From: Octopus vulgaris
Lineage: Eukaryota
DNA length: 64,000 nt
Direction: 5' to 3'
Assembly: GCA_951406725.2 (NCBI GenBank)
Contig: OX597821.1
Coordinates: forward strand, 8,742,001-8,806,000
In this document: positions 38,961-54,075 of the stretch, one piece after another
Numbering within the stretch: position 1 is the stretch's first letter
How the letters are laid out: each line of letters starts with the position of its first letter
The notes under the pieces: model-generated
What the model was told of the DNA's origin: nothing
Seen by the model: the letters and a program-made list of their open reading frames with translations, nothing else
Database searches by the model: none
Made by a program: the position numbers and the translations under genes

Positions 38961-39343
38961 ACGCACGCATACACAAAACATGCGTACGTACACCTATTGC
39001 ATACATGTTTTTTGTACGCATACACGTTCATGTGCGTGTATATTAAGTTTCTTTAGTGAGTGAACGTGCGAGTGATTGACAGAGTAAAATAGAGAGAGAG
39101 GTTGTTATGTATATATGTATGTATATATGCATGTATGTATATATATGTATAAATATGTATATATGTATACATATGTATATATAACCTTTCTCTCTCACAT
39201 ACACACACATCAGCAACAGTACTATCTCTGTCTCTTCACATACACACCACACTTTCTGTGTCACATACCCCATCGAACACACACACACACACAAATACTC
39301 ACACACACGAACAGGTGTACGTGTGTGTGTGTTGCCCATATAT
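38292..39343. repeat. Composite fold-back / MITE-like segment with terminal and internal inverted repeats
   Basis: Termini ATATACGGGCAACAC / GTGTTGCCCATATAT; about 38730-38895 is inverted against about 39180-39305; 35-bp direct repeat at 38437 and 38987. Confidence 0.55.
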
Positions 39344-39609
39344 GCATATATATATATATATACTTATGATTTAGTTGTGATCTGATCATAACCGCTTCTG
39401 GCACAGAGGATTGGGAGCCCTTTTATGCGTTCTATTTTCCTTGCTGGAAGGGTTCCGAACCCATGAGAAAAGAGGGGTTAGATGATGGTAGTGGTGTTTT
39501 CAAAAGGACTGGCATGTACAACCTGATCACCTCTGCCGACCAAACATCCAACCCATGCGGCCCGTCGTGACACTGATTCTGCAGAACTGGGTTGAGTATG
39601 AAAACCAAC

Positions 39610-40052
39610 TTTAAAGTATAAATATAGATGTTTTTGAATTAGCAATGCTGTGTTCGGTGAAGTCCTATTTGAAGTGAAAATTCAATTAGCTGTTTCCTTA
39701 TGGGGTTTTCCATTTGATCAATATTTAAAAAAATCGATAAACCGATTCCTTATAGAATTTCCCACTAAAATTTGCTACACACCATTTTCAACCATAACTT
39801 TTACCAATTTTGATGTATTTTGTTCAAACTTGATGCCAGCGTTACTTAGGACTCATGGGATCTTTGAATGCTTTAAGTTCTTCAAAAACGAAAAAAACGA
39901 AAACACTCGATGAATGGAATAAATCGATAAAGTGATTCCTTATGGGATTTCCCAATCAAATTGTCTGCAACTCATTTTCAGCTAAAGGTTTACCAATTGA
40001 TTAGCTTAATAATCCTAACTTAATCCCGAGCAAAGCCGGGCTATACTGATAG
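39610..40052 (+). mobile_element. Degenerate non-autonomous Helitron-like element
   Basis: 3' hairpin CCCGAGCAAAGCCGGG (40025-40040) almost identical to 22236-22251, followed by CTATACTGATAG; internal about 80-bp imperfect duplication; 5' end uncertain. Confidence 0.55.
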
Positions 40053-40910
40053 GTATAAAAGTGAGAATGGTTAAGATTAAACTCACGATACTGGTTGAAA
40101 GTATTGATAGAATAGAAGTACATGTACTCAAGATCGAAAAATATGCCAGTCAAAGCGGATTAAATGCACAAGCCTCCGATATCCTAGTGGCTTAGAAGTG
40201 TCAGCAGAAAAGCACCCAGAAGTCTTGACCTGGATGCAGCCCAGTCTCTTTAATGTGCAAGAAGCTATGGGCCTAAACTCTCTCCTCAGCGGGGTTTCTT
40301 CTTTCTAGACCATTTGCTATTGACTTACCAGGCTTCTGCTAATAGTTAAATTTACGATAGGGTAACATCCCTATAATAGTAGTATTATAGGTAAAAGCAA
40401 GAATGATGTCTTCTATTCATCTTCTCGGAATGCTTATAGACACACACACACCACACAAACATACAGACACACATACACAAGCACACACACATACACAAGC
40501 ACACACACACACACATACACACACACAGGGAAAACCCACAAAGAAATAAGAGTGGATCTGCACCAAAAATTGTCCAAAGAAGCAAATAAAAAACACGAAA
40601 AACGACATACTTCATTGTGCCTTTCATCCTTTTTCGATCTATAATGTAACTACTATTTAAATACGAATAGTTGTTTTAATCACTGTATTCCTTTCCCTAA
40701 AATCTACGCTTTCAGCCTGTGATTCATAGGGCTGAATGTATGCACAATACATGCATTCATTTACACACGTATAGATACATAGTTAGATATATAGATAGAT
40801 ACAGACATATATATAGATATACATATACACACATGCATATATATATATATATATGTATATTTACACACATGCATATATATATATACATGTATGTGCATGT
40901 ATATATATTT

Positions 40911-40945
<35 letters not shown>

Positions 40946-41058
40946 CTTAATGTGTGTATGTATGTATATAAAAACCTAAATGTCACAGGTTTATGAGAAA
41001 GAAATGGGTAATTAAATGTAGATAATGCTTTTAGGGAATGGAGATAAGTGATTATATA

Positions 41059-41109
<51 letters not shown>

Positions 41110-41972
41110 CTATATATGTATATACATACATATATATATATACATATACATATATATATAATATACATACATACACACACACCACACACACACACACACA
41201 TATATAGATGAGCTGACAATTTTGCTTCGTATGTTATTATATATATATATATATACACTACATATATGTGTGTATGTATGTGTGTGGTGATGTGTGCGTA
41301 TACATGTATGTAAATGTGTGTCCTTGTATGTAAATGTATATGTATGAGCGGATAGATGTGTATCATGTCGCGCACTATGCTTTTATCGACATGTTAGAGA
41401 AAAATTGCCCAATGTCTTTTACGTTAGGATCGAAACCAATTCCAGATAACTGCAAAGTGAATTTAACTCACACGCATACACACGCTCGCAAGCACACATA
41501 CAAAATACACGCGCGCACACGCAGACATATATATGCGTATGTGCCATAAACTCACATCTGAAAAATAAGGTTAGCAACCACATATACTCTATAAGGCATC
41601 TTGAAATAACGTGCATTAAATCCCCTGAGATGTACAGCTCGTATTATTAGGAAGCGATTCAGAGAACATTCGAACAGCGATACTGGAAAGAAAGTTACTT
41701 TCATTTTTTTATATTACACACTAGATAAGCACATTGGTTCATTGTAGATATCATATCTGCTCATCCCAATGATATGATGCCTAAACCATTAACTGAATCG
41801 ATCTGCATTTAAGGATACAAACCCGGTGTCAAGTGTAACCTTTTATGTGATAACAACAATGAACAATACATATTCTTTCCCCTACTTAAATTAGTTCTAC
41901 ACTCTTACACACACACACGTTTGTATTTCGTCTTGTACATATGCGGATGTAATATACATAGACATACATAAG

Positions 41973-42057
<85 letters not shown>

Positions 42058-42235
42058 GGGAGGGAGAGAAAGAAAGAGAGGGAGAGAGAGAGAGAGTGAG
42101 TTAGAGAGACATATACACATACATATTTACTGCTACGGTCGGGTGAACAAGAACGTGAAACTTCGAGAAATAATCTTGTGAAGATCTTGCATCTTGAAAT
42201 GAAAGTATATGTCTGTCTATCTATCTGTCTATCTG

Positions 42236-42325
<90 letters not shown>

Positions 42326-42354
42326 AGTGTATGTGTGCGTGTATATCCTTTCAC

Positions 42355-42600
42355 GTCTTTCAGTCATTTAACCGCGGCCGTACTGGGAGACAGCTTTGGA
42401 GGGTTTCATCGAACACATTGACCCTACTCCTTACTGTTTCAGACCCTGTACTTATTATATCGATTTTATTTGCAGAACCGCTAACTTATGGTGATATAGA
42501 CAAACCGACACCGGTTGTCAAGTGGTGGTGGGGATCAACAAATACACCGATGCGTATGTATATGTATATATATATGTATATATATGTATATATATGTATA

Positions 42601-42661
<61 letters not shown>

Positions 42662-42692
42662 TAAATATCTATCTATCTATATATATATATAG

Positions 42693-42756
<64 letters not shown>

Positions 42757-42789
42757 ATATATCTATATATATAGTTATATATGTGTGTT

Positions 42790-42845
<56 letters not shown>

Positions 42846-42935
42846 TGTATATGTATGTGTGTGTGTGAGTATATGTTCACGACAGTCTTCTTCCAGTTTC
42901 TGTCTACCATATTCTGTCTACCTACCAACTTGCAC
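42355..42935 (-). mobile_element. SINE family A, degenerate, with greatly expanded internal (TA)n
   Basis: TTTCAGTCATTT...GAACCGCTAAC...CCGGTTGTCAAG | about 320 bp microsatellite | CGACAGTCTTCTTCCAGTTTCTGTCTACC. Confidence 0.7.
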
Positions 42936-43114
42936 AAATCTAAAATTAAAGCGCTACCTATATTCTCACTCCTGTATTTAAATCCATTTGTTAGAATTGA
43001 ACAAAAATTTTACAGAAAGATGGCAACAGTTATATGCGAGTATTGTGCAAAGAACGTGAGGTTACGTAAAACAAGACAGAAACCATGGCCATTTACCAAA
43101 TTTACATAAACTTT

Positions 43115-44481
43115 CGCTGTCTCAGATTATTAGCGTGGTGTAATTAAAACATGTAAACAAGAAAATAACAATGTAATTGTTTGATGTTCCTACTGAAATG
43201 AACACGTACAGTCATAAACATAAATGAAATAGAAATAAAGAAATAAACAGTTCAAAAACGATAGGTGAGCTGGTTACTAAGTGATATATAAGCATTTGCT
43301 TGAAATAATATGGAAATAATTTGGAAAATAATTGAAAAAGGCGCTGGTCCATGGATCATGTTTGTTTCTGGATCTCTTCTAATGTTATACCAGAGGATAC
43401 GTCAACCATTGCCTGTTATCCTTGCTCCTAAATTGGCATCCATTCTCGTAAACTGGTCGCTTTAGAATACTGCACAAATTTTCTTTTGACTTCCCCTGAC
43501 TTAATGGGGATAACAGGTGGGCCGCTTCATTTGCCGAGGTCCACAGAAGACTAATTATTGCAAATATTCTGTAGTTTTCTTTGCTGAGTGCAAGGGTGCA
43601 TTATCTTGCATTATAATATATATCATGCAATATATAATATACATTTTTGCTTTTTTAACCAAGGTTTAATATGCTCCCTGAGAAAGGCTATATAAGCATC
43701 CGCATTCATTTTAGCACCGTAAGACGCTTTCTAAGGATCAACCATAATACCTCCAATATTACCTGCCCAAATCACGAAACCTCCTCCCCTTCTTGGCCTC
43801 TCAAGCGTTCATGACGATCTCATCCATTTACAACCCATCCCTTACTCCAGTCATCAGGTCCATCAAGATTAGCACAAGTTTCGTCCATAAACAAAACTTT
43901 TGAAAAGTCGAACTTCATGTTACCTTCTGCTTCAAGTTACATTTCAAACGATTTTGTATGTGTATTTTGTTTAAAGAAGCCTTTTAACTGACACGACTAG
44001 TTTACCAACCTTTTTCAGAAGACGACATCGGGCAGATCTGCCAATAAGCTTGTACGATCTAGATTCTTTAAAAGTTCACGATTGATTCGTAACACAGAAC
44101 AATGAGAAATTTACCTGACTGACCCTTGGCGGCTCTCTCACGTATCTTCGTAGGGGATGAAACAATTTTTTTCAGAGTTTGGTGATGTTTCCCAATCATT
44201 TCAGATATTTTTAATGCTGATTTACATTTTGCAAGTTCAGATTATTCTGAAGCGGTTAAATCACATTTGGGACCCATAATTACGTGGTTATAACACAACT
44301 CGTAAATAATTTGTAACACTGACAGTTCGTGGAAATCATGCAAGTAGCCGTGGTTTATTTAAACTTGCTCAAAACCACAAATATAGCAGTTGCCATTATC
44401 TGCGGAAATTTTGAATTCCAACGAGTTGTTTTTAAATAAAATTTTAAAACCAGGTTACGTTGTTAATAATTTGAAACGGTG
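43115..44481 (-). mobile_element. Decayed Tc1-like transposon of DD37E (TRT-like) type
   Basis: Right TIR (reverse complement) TA|CACCGTTTCAAATTATTAA; degenerate left TIR CGCTGTCTCAGATTATTAG; about 1.37 kb. Confidence 0.75.
43278..44277 (-). pseudogene. DD37E/TRT-like transposase pseudogene
   Basis: ATG at 44277 MGPKCDLTASE*...IGKHHQTLKK; FSKVLFMDETCANLDGPDDWSKGW; GGGFVIWAG; IIMQDNAPLHSAKKTTEYLQ*LVFCGPRQMKRPTCYPH*. The decayed WP..SPDL motif lies 3 residues later than in DD34E. Confidence 0.85.
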
Positions 44482-44634
44482 TATATATACATGTATGTAT
44501 GTATGTATGTATGTATGTATGTATGTATGTATGTATGTATGTATGTATGTATGTATGTATACGTCTGTATGTATACGTCTGTATATATGTATGTAAGCGT
44601 GTATGTATGTATATATATATATATATATATATAC

Positions 44635-45120
44635 CCTCTCCTCTTCACCGTTCCCTCCCTCTCGCTCTTCCTCCTTGACTCTCTCGTCGCTGACACGTGA
44701 CGAAAGGGAATCTGTCTTTCTGCCAATTTCCTTCCTAAAGACAACACGTGCTTATACCTGTCTCTTCAAATAAGCTCGTCTTACTACCGTTCATAATACT
44801 TTTTCTATCGTCTTGGCTTAACAACACTCACCGTTTGTTTTTATTGTCTTGTTCTCACTTTCGCCCTCCGCAAAAATCCCAAATTTTATTTAATTTGCTT
44901 TGCGGGAAGGATTGTTTCAAAGGAGTCGCGTATCGTCCTTGCCTTCGAATGCGGAATAGATGAAACAGGGACAACTGATGAAAGGGAATATTCTTTATGT
45001 TGTCTGTCTCGTTTCTCTGTTTTTTTTGTTATTCGAAAAAAAGTTCGTTTTCTATGTTTTTGTTTTTATGTTTTCGTTTCTCATTGTGTTCAACGTTTTT
45101 TTGATGTCCTGTGCCCATAT
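44635..45120. repeat. Unique-sequence island between microsatellites, probable interspersed repeat (Penelope-like terminal piece)
   Basis: Sharp borders with (TA)n and a T-rich tail reminiscent of the reverse complement of 21600-21700; family not established. Confidence 0.35.
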
Positions 45121-45235
45121 ATTCATGTATATATACATATATATAAATATGTAAGTATGTACATATATGTACGTATATATGCATATATTTATATGATATA
45201 TACATATATATATATACACACACATATATATATAC

Positions 45236-45291
<56 letters not shown>

Positions 45292-46884
45292 AGTACGGAT
45301 TGACGGATAATTAGATGTGTGCATAAATGTATTGGAGGCAGAACCATGGCTTGTTTTTAGCATTTCTTGTATGCGTTGCATACTGAGGTTGGCTGTATTT
45401 AAAATTAGGCAGAACACTCAATGAAAATTCTGATGTTGGAAGGAAGGCATGCGCAAGCGTAGGTAACTGTCTGAATATCTGCTGCAAGATGCGTCTATCG
45501 TTGCCACATCTAGTCAAAACCTATCTAGCAGGACTGAAAATCCACATATGTATTGCTACAAGAGAACAATCAAGCAGTAGCATTGTTCCAAATTGAGTTG
45601 CAACTATCATTTATGTATGTATGTGTGCAGGCGCACGTGTTTGTATGAGTGACTATTTTTGTATGTGTGGATGTATGAGTGTGTACATGTTTATTTGTAA
45701 TTGCTAGTTTATACTGATGGATACATGTATGTCAACATTATTAACAGATTAACATAGGCGCATCTTATTTGCTCTTTGTAATAATACTTTTAAAATATAT
45801 TTTAATCTATGTAGGAGAAAATCTAATTTCTAATACTTAGGCAAAAATAAATTTTCTAATATAACTTATGTTTATATTTAGCGAACTAGGCAGGGATAAA
45901 TTCAAAACTAATTTCCAGGAAGACAAAAAGGAAAGAAAAAACGAGGTGCAATAGAGACAGTGATAACAAAAATGATAACTGAAAATGACTGACAATGCTA
46001 GACCGATGGCTAATGTCAAGAGGTCAGAGTAAATCTACCTGAATGGAAGAAACTAATATATTTCAAAGCTGAGACTGAAGTGTAAAACAATAAACGGGGC
46101 AAAAAGAAAAGCCGAGGCATATAAACAGAAGCTATTAACAAGCTTTCAAATCGTTGCTTTGGAACTGTGTTTGTGACAAGGTCACAAGAGTGATAAAAAA
46201 ATAATGCTATTTCATGAAATAAATGAAAAATGAATTAAAAAGTTTTTGGCGTTAGTAAATGGCTAGACTAAGATTTTTCAGTATGATTGCCTGCTTTATT
46301 TTCAGCAGATCTGAGGAGGGATCCTGTTTCCAACAAAGATACACGGCTGAACTTAATATCATATTACACCCTTTCACAACCGATATCCATAATTTAACCC
46401 CCACCTCCTTACTGCCCACAACGGCCAGTTTTGTTGGTTATTCTCCCATTTCACAGTTAGCCTCGGCAGATTTCAACCACCTCCCTGCTGTATTCTTGGG
46501 ATATTCTTTTGCTTGTAAAATTATATTTCATTTAATGACTGCTGTTTTTGTAAATGAAGTAATGTTCTCATTCTTCTATTAAAAATACGTAAGAAACGGC
46601 TGTAACGAACTGACAATCGCCTGTTATTATCCATTTGATTATAATGCACCAAGGGATTTAAGATTTGTCGGATGCCCTAGAATATATCAACAACGTAAAA
46701 TTAAAAATATGCATGCGTTGGACCAGCCCGTGGTACTAAATACTCATAGCGTTGGTCTTTTCTGTGTACGCAACCGGAATATCCTATTTGATACTTATCA
46801 ATCATAGGCCAGCACCACAGGTTTATCCAACGGTACCTGGTGCATATCTTTTCAAGTACCCGATTCTATTTGAATCCTTATTTT

Positions 46885-46938
<54 letters not shown>

Positions 46939-46968
46939 TATATGTATGTATATATGTATCTATGTATG

Positions 46969-47000
<32 letters not shown>

Positions 47001-47018
47001 TGTATGTATGTATGTATG

Positions 47019-47085
<67 letters not shown>

Positions 47086-47559
47086 GTATATATTAAGCCT
47101 CGTCCTGTATAGGACGACACAGTTGGCAAATATATATTACGGCGTATACATACTTACATACATACATACTTATATATGTGTGTGTGCGTTTCCGTGTTTG
47201 TGTATTCTTGTGTGTGTTTGTGAGTATTCTGAAGTAAAACGACAGCAATTAGAAGACATATGTCCAACGCTCAAAGGATTCTGTCCGTGTAGCACTCTTA
47301 ATGAATAAGAAAATATATGGGCACAATGCAAGAAACTGCAGTGTGGCGTTAGGGGACCAACTGTCAGTTAAACTGACATGCATACATAATACACACTTCA
47401 TTTCATCGTATTCGGAAGGGTGATATACAAAAATAACTGTGACAAAATTTGAACTCATAATCTAGAAAACCGGGCAAATACAGCAAGTTAGTTTTGTCAG
47501 ACGCTGTAACCATTTTTTTAAATGTGTGTGTTTGTATTTTGTGTATATGTGTGTGAATG

Positions 47560-47745
47560 TGTGTGTGTGTGCCTAAGATTTTTCTCATGGTGTTGGTTTG
47601 TTTGCGGACTCATAACTGTAGCTGTTCGGCGATACATTTGGTAACATAAGTACCCGTCTTTAAGAATATACAGACTGGGTTTCATTGTTCAGGTGTACTG
47701 CAGCATGGTCGCATCAAGTGACTAAAAAAAGTAAACTTAAAAGCT
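47560..47745 (+). mobile_element. SINE family A, degenerate 3' half
   Basis: TGGTTTGTTTGCG...GTTCGGC...ATAAGTAC...GCAGCATGGTCGCATCAAGTGACTAAAA. Confidence 0.55.
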
Positions 47746-47944
47746 GTCCTGGACGACGCATAAGGATATGAGAAGCACAAAATAATGAGCGTTAACTAAA
47801 GATCCATTATTATAAATAAAACTCAAAATATGCAACATAAAAACTATAGTTTTGGCTATTAGTAAATGTCTCGACTAAATTTTGGGTACTACTATTTTTT
47901 AAATCTCACAACGTGAGATATTCAGCAACTGTACTTTGTAGTAT

Positions 47945-48104
47945 AGATAGTTTGCGAACATAACCTGGCAGTCCTGGTTTAGGACGAATGTTGCTGTAAT
48001 TTAGATCAAGTCGTATAGCCAGCTGGAGACGATGTCTCCTGAGACTAAATTACATCAACATTCCTCCTAAACCAGGACTGCCATGTTATGTTGGCAAACA
48101 ATCT
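47945..48104. mobile_element. Small palindromic MITE-like element (about 60-bp inverted arms)
   Basis: GTTTGCGAACATAACCTGGCAGTCCTGGTTTAGGACGAATGTTGCTGTAATTTAG versus CTAAATTACATCAACATTCCTCCTAAACCAGGACTGCCATGTTATGTTGGCAAAC; 40-bp spacer. Confidence 0.7.
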
Positions 48105-48956
48105 TTATTATAAATTTCGGGTGTTAGTGAATGGTTGAACTAAATCATTTTTAGTATGTTATTGTTTGCTTCATTTTTAACACAAGGTACCACCAGGTTA
48201 GAGGGAAGGCAATCCTTTGGACGCTTTGAACTCATAAACTAAAATTCCTTCGCTTAATACTGTGAGATATGTTGTCTCATGCTTTACCTGATACTGTGCC
48301 AACCTACAAATACTTATTTCTAACATAGAAAAAGGGACAGTGCATAGCTATGTAATAACTGCTTGCAATAATTTCTAACAATTTATCTTTTCAAATCAAT
48401 TTTCTTGGTTGAAACTTCATTATGCAGAAAATGGGTTGCTATCTTGATATTTTATTGTTGGTGCGTTCTTTATATATTTTTCTCTTTTTCACAAAAATTG
48501 AACCTTAATCTCACATGTCATAAAGCTAATATATTGTTCAGACAATCTCGGACCCGTTCCAACACAACATTCTCACATACACAGGCATTCTGTGCGTATA
48601 AGAAAATAATGAATTATAACACTATATATTTATATATATATATATATATATACATATATACAAGCATTCATATATATGTGCGTGTATATATATACTACCT
48701 ATAAATAAATACACACACGCACACATCTACATCTGTACATCTATACAGCTATACATCTATACATATATACATATATATGAGCGAGTTTATGTAAGTATAT
48801 ATATATAACTGTTTATATTTATACCTACATCTAAAAGTATATATATATATATATATATGTACAGTGAGATAGATATATGTATCCAGTTATAAACATATAT
48901 TTGTCTTCCCTCTTCGCTGTCTGTCAGTATGTCTATCTCACACTCTCTCCCCTTTA

Positions 48957-49385
<429 letters not shown>

Positions 49386-49624
49386 TGCTTAGGTGTTTGC
49401 ATATATATACATACACATGTGAGTGTGTGCGTGCGTGATAAGGTTATATTAAAGTAAGTTTAAGAATGACAACCAAACATTTAGTGTTAGGAAGACTCAT
49501 TACTGAGTGTACAGACAAATTTACAAAATTCGATTTGATACAGAATTAAATTCAACGAATTGAATAAACTGTCAGGTCAAACACTAACTCCTAGTCAAAG
49601 TCAAATTAATATACACACACACAT

Positions 49625-49697
<73 letters not shown>

Positions 49698-50967
49698 AAA
49701 ACGTCAAGATCTGTGTGAGTATGTATCGGTGTATATTTATATATAGATAGATATATTTGCATACATATATGTGTGGCTGTTTATACAAGGGCTCCTGTAG
49801 AAGGAATACACATCTAGAGAATATTGTATGCTGTGTAATAAAGTAGAATGACATATTATCGACCCTCAGAATCACAGCTTCTCAATGCAACAATACAAAA
49901 GAAACACTTCATCATATATTTACTTTCAAAATATACCATTATTGCATATGTGATAGACTTTAACAAAACAAAATTGTTTGTTTGAAGCATGGTAGAAATG
50001 TTATTGCCCAAAGCCATTCGACGTCTAAATTGTTTCGCTCGGCATTTTGAAATATTTCTCCAAAAATTTCAGTTTGTGATACGATAACTGTCAAGTGAGA
50101 AAAAGGACTGTTTTTTTCGCTTTCTTCAATACCTGTCATTCATTTAAGTTATAACTCTACTACCTATTCACTCACAAAATTCATAGAATTTCTGTCTCCC
50201 CTAGTTACCTAAACTTTACAGTTATGGTTAGATTATAATTCACTGATGAAACCTAATAGCGTCAAAATATATTCTTCCGCGTCACTGTGTTCCTAAACTT
50301 CAGAGTTATTCTTTATTGAATAATTAGTTAGTTTTAATTAATTACAATTTCAAGATTATCTTTCTTGCCTTTTGTAATATGACTCATTTCAAGAATGATT
50401 GAATTTAACTAAAACACGGTGATTGTGAAAAACACGAAACAGGTTTTTCATACAAACCCGGCTCTTCTCTATTACAAAATCTTGTAATTGCTGTGGCTGT
50501 TGTTTTTATTCCTGTTGTTGTTATTAATGTTTTTCTAACTCCACCTCCTCCTCCTCTTCCTATTTCCGCCACCACTGCCTTCCATCTTCCTCCTTTCTCT
50601 TCTCCCTTGTCCACTCCTGTACATTCAATTTTCCCCGTACCTACACGTTTCCTCTTTCTGCTCCTTCTCGTTTCATGCTCCAGTTTATGTATTTGATTAT
50701 TCATTTATGTTTTCACATGTTTACTATTTACTTTAACGGTCGTACGAGTTTTCCAACACGACAACATCAAATCATTTCAAAGGTGTGAGCAAGCTTCATC
50801 TAAGGAGTGATCGATATTTGTTTCGATTGATACATCCGATTACCGATATATAACTTCTTAATGTTCCGTTTGATTGATTTTCGTACGAGGATCGGAAACG
50901 CTGAACTCGGATTAACGATTTGCGATGTATTTTATCGTAAAATACAATTCCACATATATATAATTGA

Positions 50968-51035
<68 letters not shown>

Positions 51036-51148
51036 CAGATATATATATATATATACATATATATATAGATATATATATATATGTGTGTGTGAGTGTAACT
51101 TGGTATGCGTGCTTGCAGATGTAAGCACATGCACTTGTATATATATAT

Positions 51149-51196
<48 letters not shown>

Positions 51197-51199
<3 letters not shown>

Positions 51200-51424
51200 C
51201 TTTACTACCCACAAGGGGCTAAACACAGAGGGGACAAACAAGGACAGACAAAGGGATTAAGTCGACTACATCGACCCCAGTGCGTAACTGGTACTTAATT
51301 TATCGACCCCGAAAGGATGAAAGGCAAAGTCGACCTCGGCGGAATTTGAACTCGGAACGTAACGACAGACGAAATACGGCTACGAATTTCGCCCGGCGTG
51401 CTAACGTTTCTACCAGCTCGCCGC

Positions 51425-51426
<2 letters not shown>
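51197..51426 (-). mobile_element. SINE family B (young variant), full length, in (TA)n
   Basis: Reverse complement of the 23306-type copy. Confidence 0.92.
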
Positions 51427-51466
<40 letters not shown>

Positions 51467-51532
51467 TATAATATATATATACATATATACATTCATACCC
51501 ATTCATACATACATATATAATATATGTATGTA

Positions 51533-51563
<31 letters not shown>

Positions 51564-51577
51564 ATTATATTTATGTA

Positions 51578-51616
<39 letters not shown>

Positions 51617-52303
51617 ATGAATATATGCACACACATATATATTACGGGTTTGCATACATTCATGTATACGTAAATACATGCATGCCCGTAAAGACAACAC
51701 ATGTGTATACACAATTATTCTGGAAGCTCATTCTTTTAAAAGACACAAAATCTTATATATTATTGCACACACACACACTCAACATCCACCTCCAGCAACC
51801 CCACCCACGTATCTCAGAACGTAAGAGAATAATAATAGCAATCAGAAATATCCAAAAGAGAAGCGACTTCATTACTCTCCGCCTTTTGGCTTCGTTTCTT
51901 TCACCATTACTGGAAGCAACAAATTAAAAATTCTATTTCACTTGGTCGATTTTAATTCTCTAAAATCGCCCTTCTGCTTGATAGGAATTAGACTGCTTGT
52001 TCTCTTGGACTTGCAGAGAATTTGAACAAATTGAATAGAGCACTTCATTTAGTTTCGATTGAATTCTTTGCTAACAGCGATTTCTCCTTACACTTGTATG
52101 TGTGTAGGTGTGTATCTATTTATTTACGTGTGAATTTGTATGTATGCATGCTTATGTATACACAAATGTGTGTGTTTGTGTATGTACGTATGTATGTATG
52201 TATGTATGTATGTATGTATGTATGTATGTATGTATATCTGGGTATATATCTGCATATATGTGTGCATATATATGTATATATATATGTATGTGTGTATGTC
52301 TGT

Positions 52304-52440
<137 letters not shown>

Positions 52441-52588
52441 GCATGTGTGTATCGGTAAATTTCTCTTTCAGCTGTTTGTCTGCGTTTGTACCTGTCTGCC
52501 TGCCTGCCTGTCTATCTGACTGTTCTCCTCTCTCTCTATTATACTAATATATATATATATATACATATACATACATGCATACATCCAT

Positions 52589-52639
<51 letters not shown>

Positions 52640-52709
52640 TATTCACACACACACATATATATATATGTATGTGTGTGTGTGCGAGCGTCTGTGTGTGTTT
52701 GTGTGTTTG

Positions 52710-52762
<53 letters not shown>

Positions 52763-52800
52763 AATGAGATGGTGAGGATGACAATGATAATGATAATAAA

Positions 52801-52846
<46 letters not shown>

Positions 52847-53637
52847 AATTGATTTCTTTCCGAATTCGTAGCTTTATGCCATCATAATTCAGAATTACGA
52901 AGGTGTAAATCTTCAGTTTTGCATAAATCAATAATTTATATAAAGCTCTAATCCATTCACCAAGTACTTTTTCTCGCTTATTTCTTTTACCGTTGATAGT
53001 TTTATATTTGAAAATTTGTCAGTTTTAACACGTAGACACGTAATGGTTAAAATGTCCGTTTATATTCTCATGTCTTTCTATTTTCGTTTCTGCATGCATC
53101 TTTGTTTTAGGTTCAATATTAACCAGACTTTTCATTTTCATTTAGCTATTCTTCATTCAGGCGCCGATGTGTATTTTTTTTTCACTGTATGAGATGTTTC
53201 GCCCTAGATGTACCTTGAACCTGCAAATATTATTATTAGGAACATCTAAATCGTGCCTTTCGCCTATATTTAGAAGAACTCAGGTTTACATTATGTAATG
53301 TATGGTCTACATATTTAAGAGATTGAGTTAGGGGTTTGATTTGAGAGAGAGAAAGAGAGAAAGACAGAGAGAGAGAGGGAGGGATAGAGAGAGCAATAGA
53401 AAGAAAGAGAGAGAGAGAGAGAGTAAGAAAAGTGGAAAGAGAGATATAAGGCTGCTGTCTCTAGTTGGTCAACTGCCCATCAAAAATATAGGTTGTCTTC
53501 GTAGTTTTTGTACGGACAAATCAATGAAACTATTTAATTCATTCCCACAATAAATCGTTGTACTTTACAAATGAAACACTATTCCCCCCACCTCCACCTC
53601 TTCCACTCTACTACTGTTCCTGCTGCAGCTAATACTA

Positions 53638-53638
53638 A

Positions 53639-53717
<79 letters not shown>

Positions 53718-53750
53718 GTGCTGCTGGTGCTGGTGCTGCTGCTGCTGCTG

Positions 53751-53803
<53 letters not shown>
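53638..53803. repeat. (CTA)n/(CTG)n microsatellite
   Basis: Direct inspection. Confidence 0.95.
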
Positions 53804-54075
53804 GTCAGCGGTTATAGTGAATCGAACTATTCTAAGCATGCGCCTGTTATTCGGAGAACAACAGCTGGAAGAAGGCGCTTTCTATTTGAAGGCTGTCACC
53901 CCAAAGTAAAGGATTCTATCATTCAGGTATCCATATAGTTTGTAGGCTATGTATATTTTATACGTCATTTTTTTCTCGTTTTCTTTTCCTTGCCTGTTTT
54001 TGATTAAATCCTCCACATATCCCCCTCATCTTCCTCCTCCTTCTTCTTCTTCTTCTGCTTTTTCTTCTTCTTCTT

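Noticed and set aside
44955-45005. GAAAC...CTGATGA near 44960-44985 as a permuted hammerhead
   Set aside because: No NUH/stem III closure or stem II pairing found
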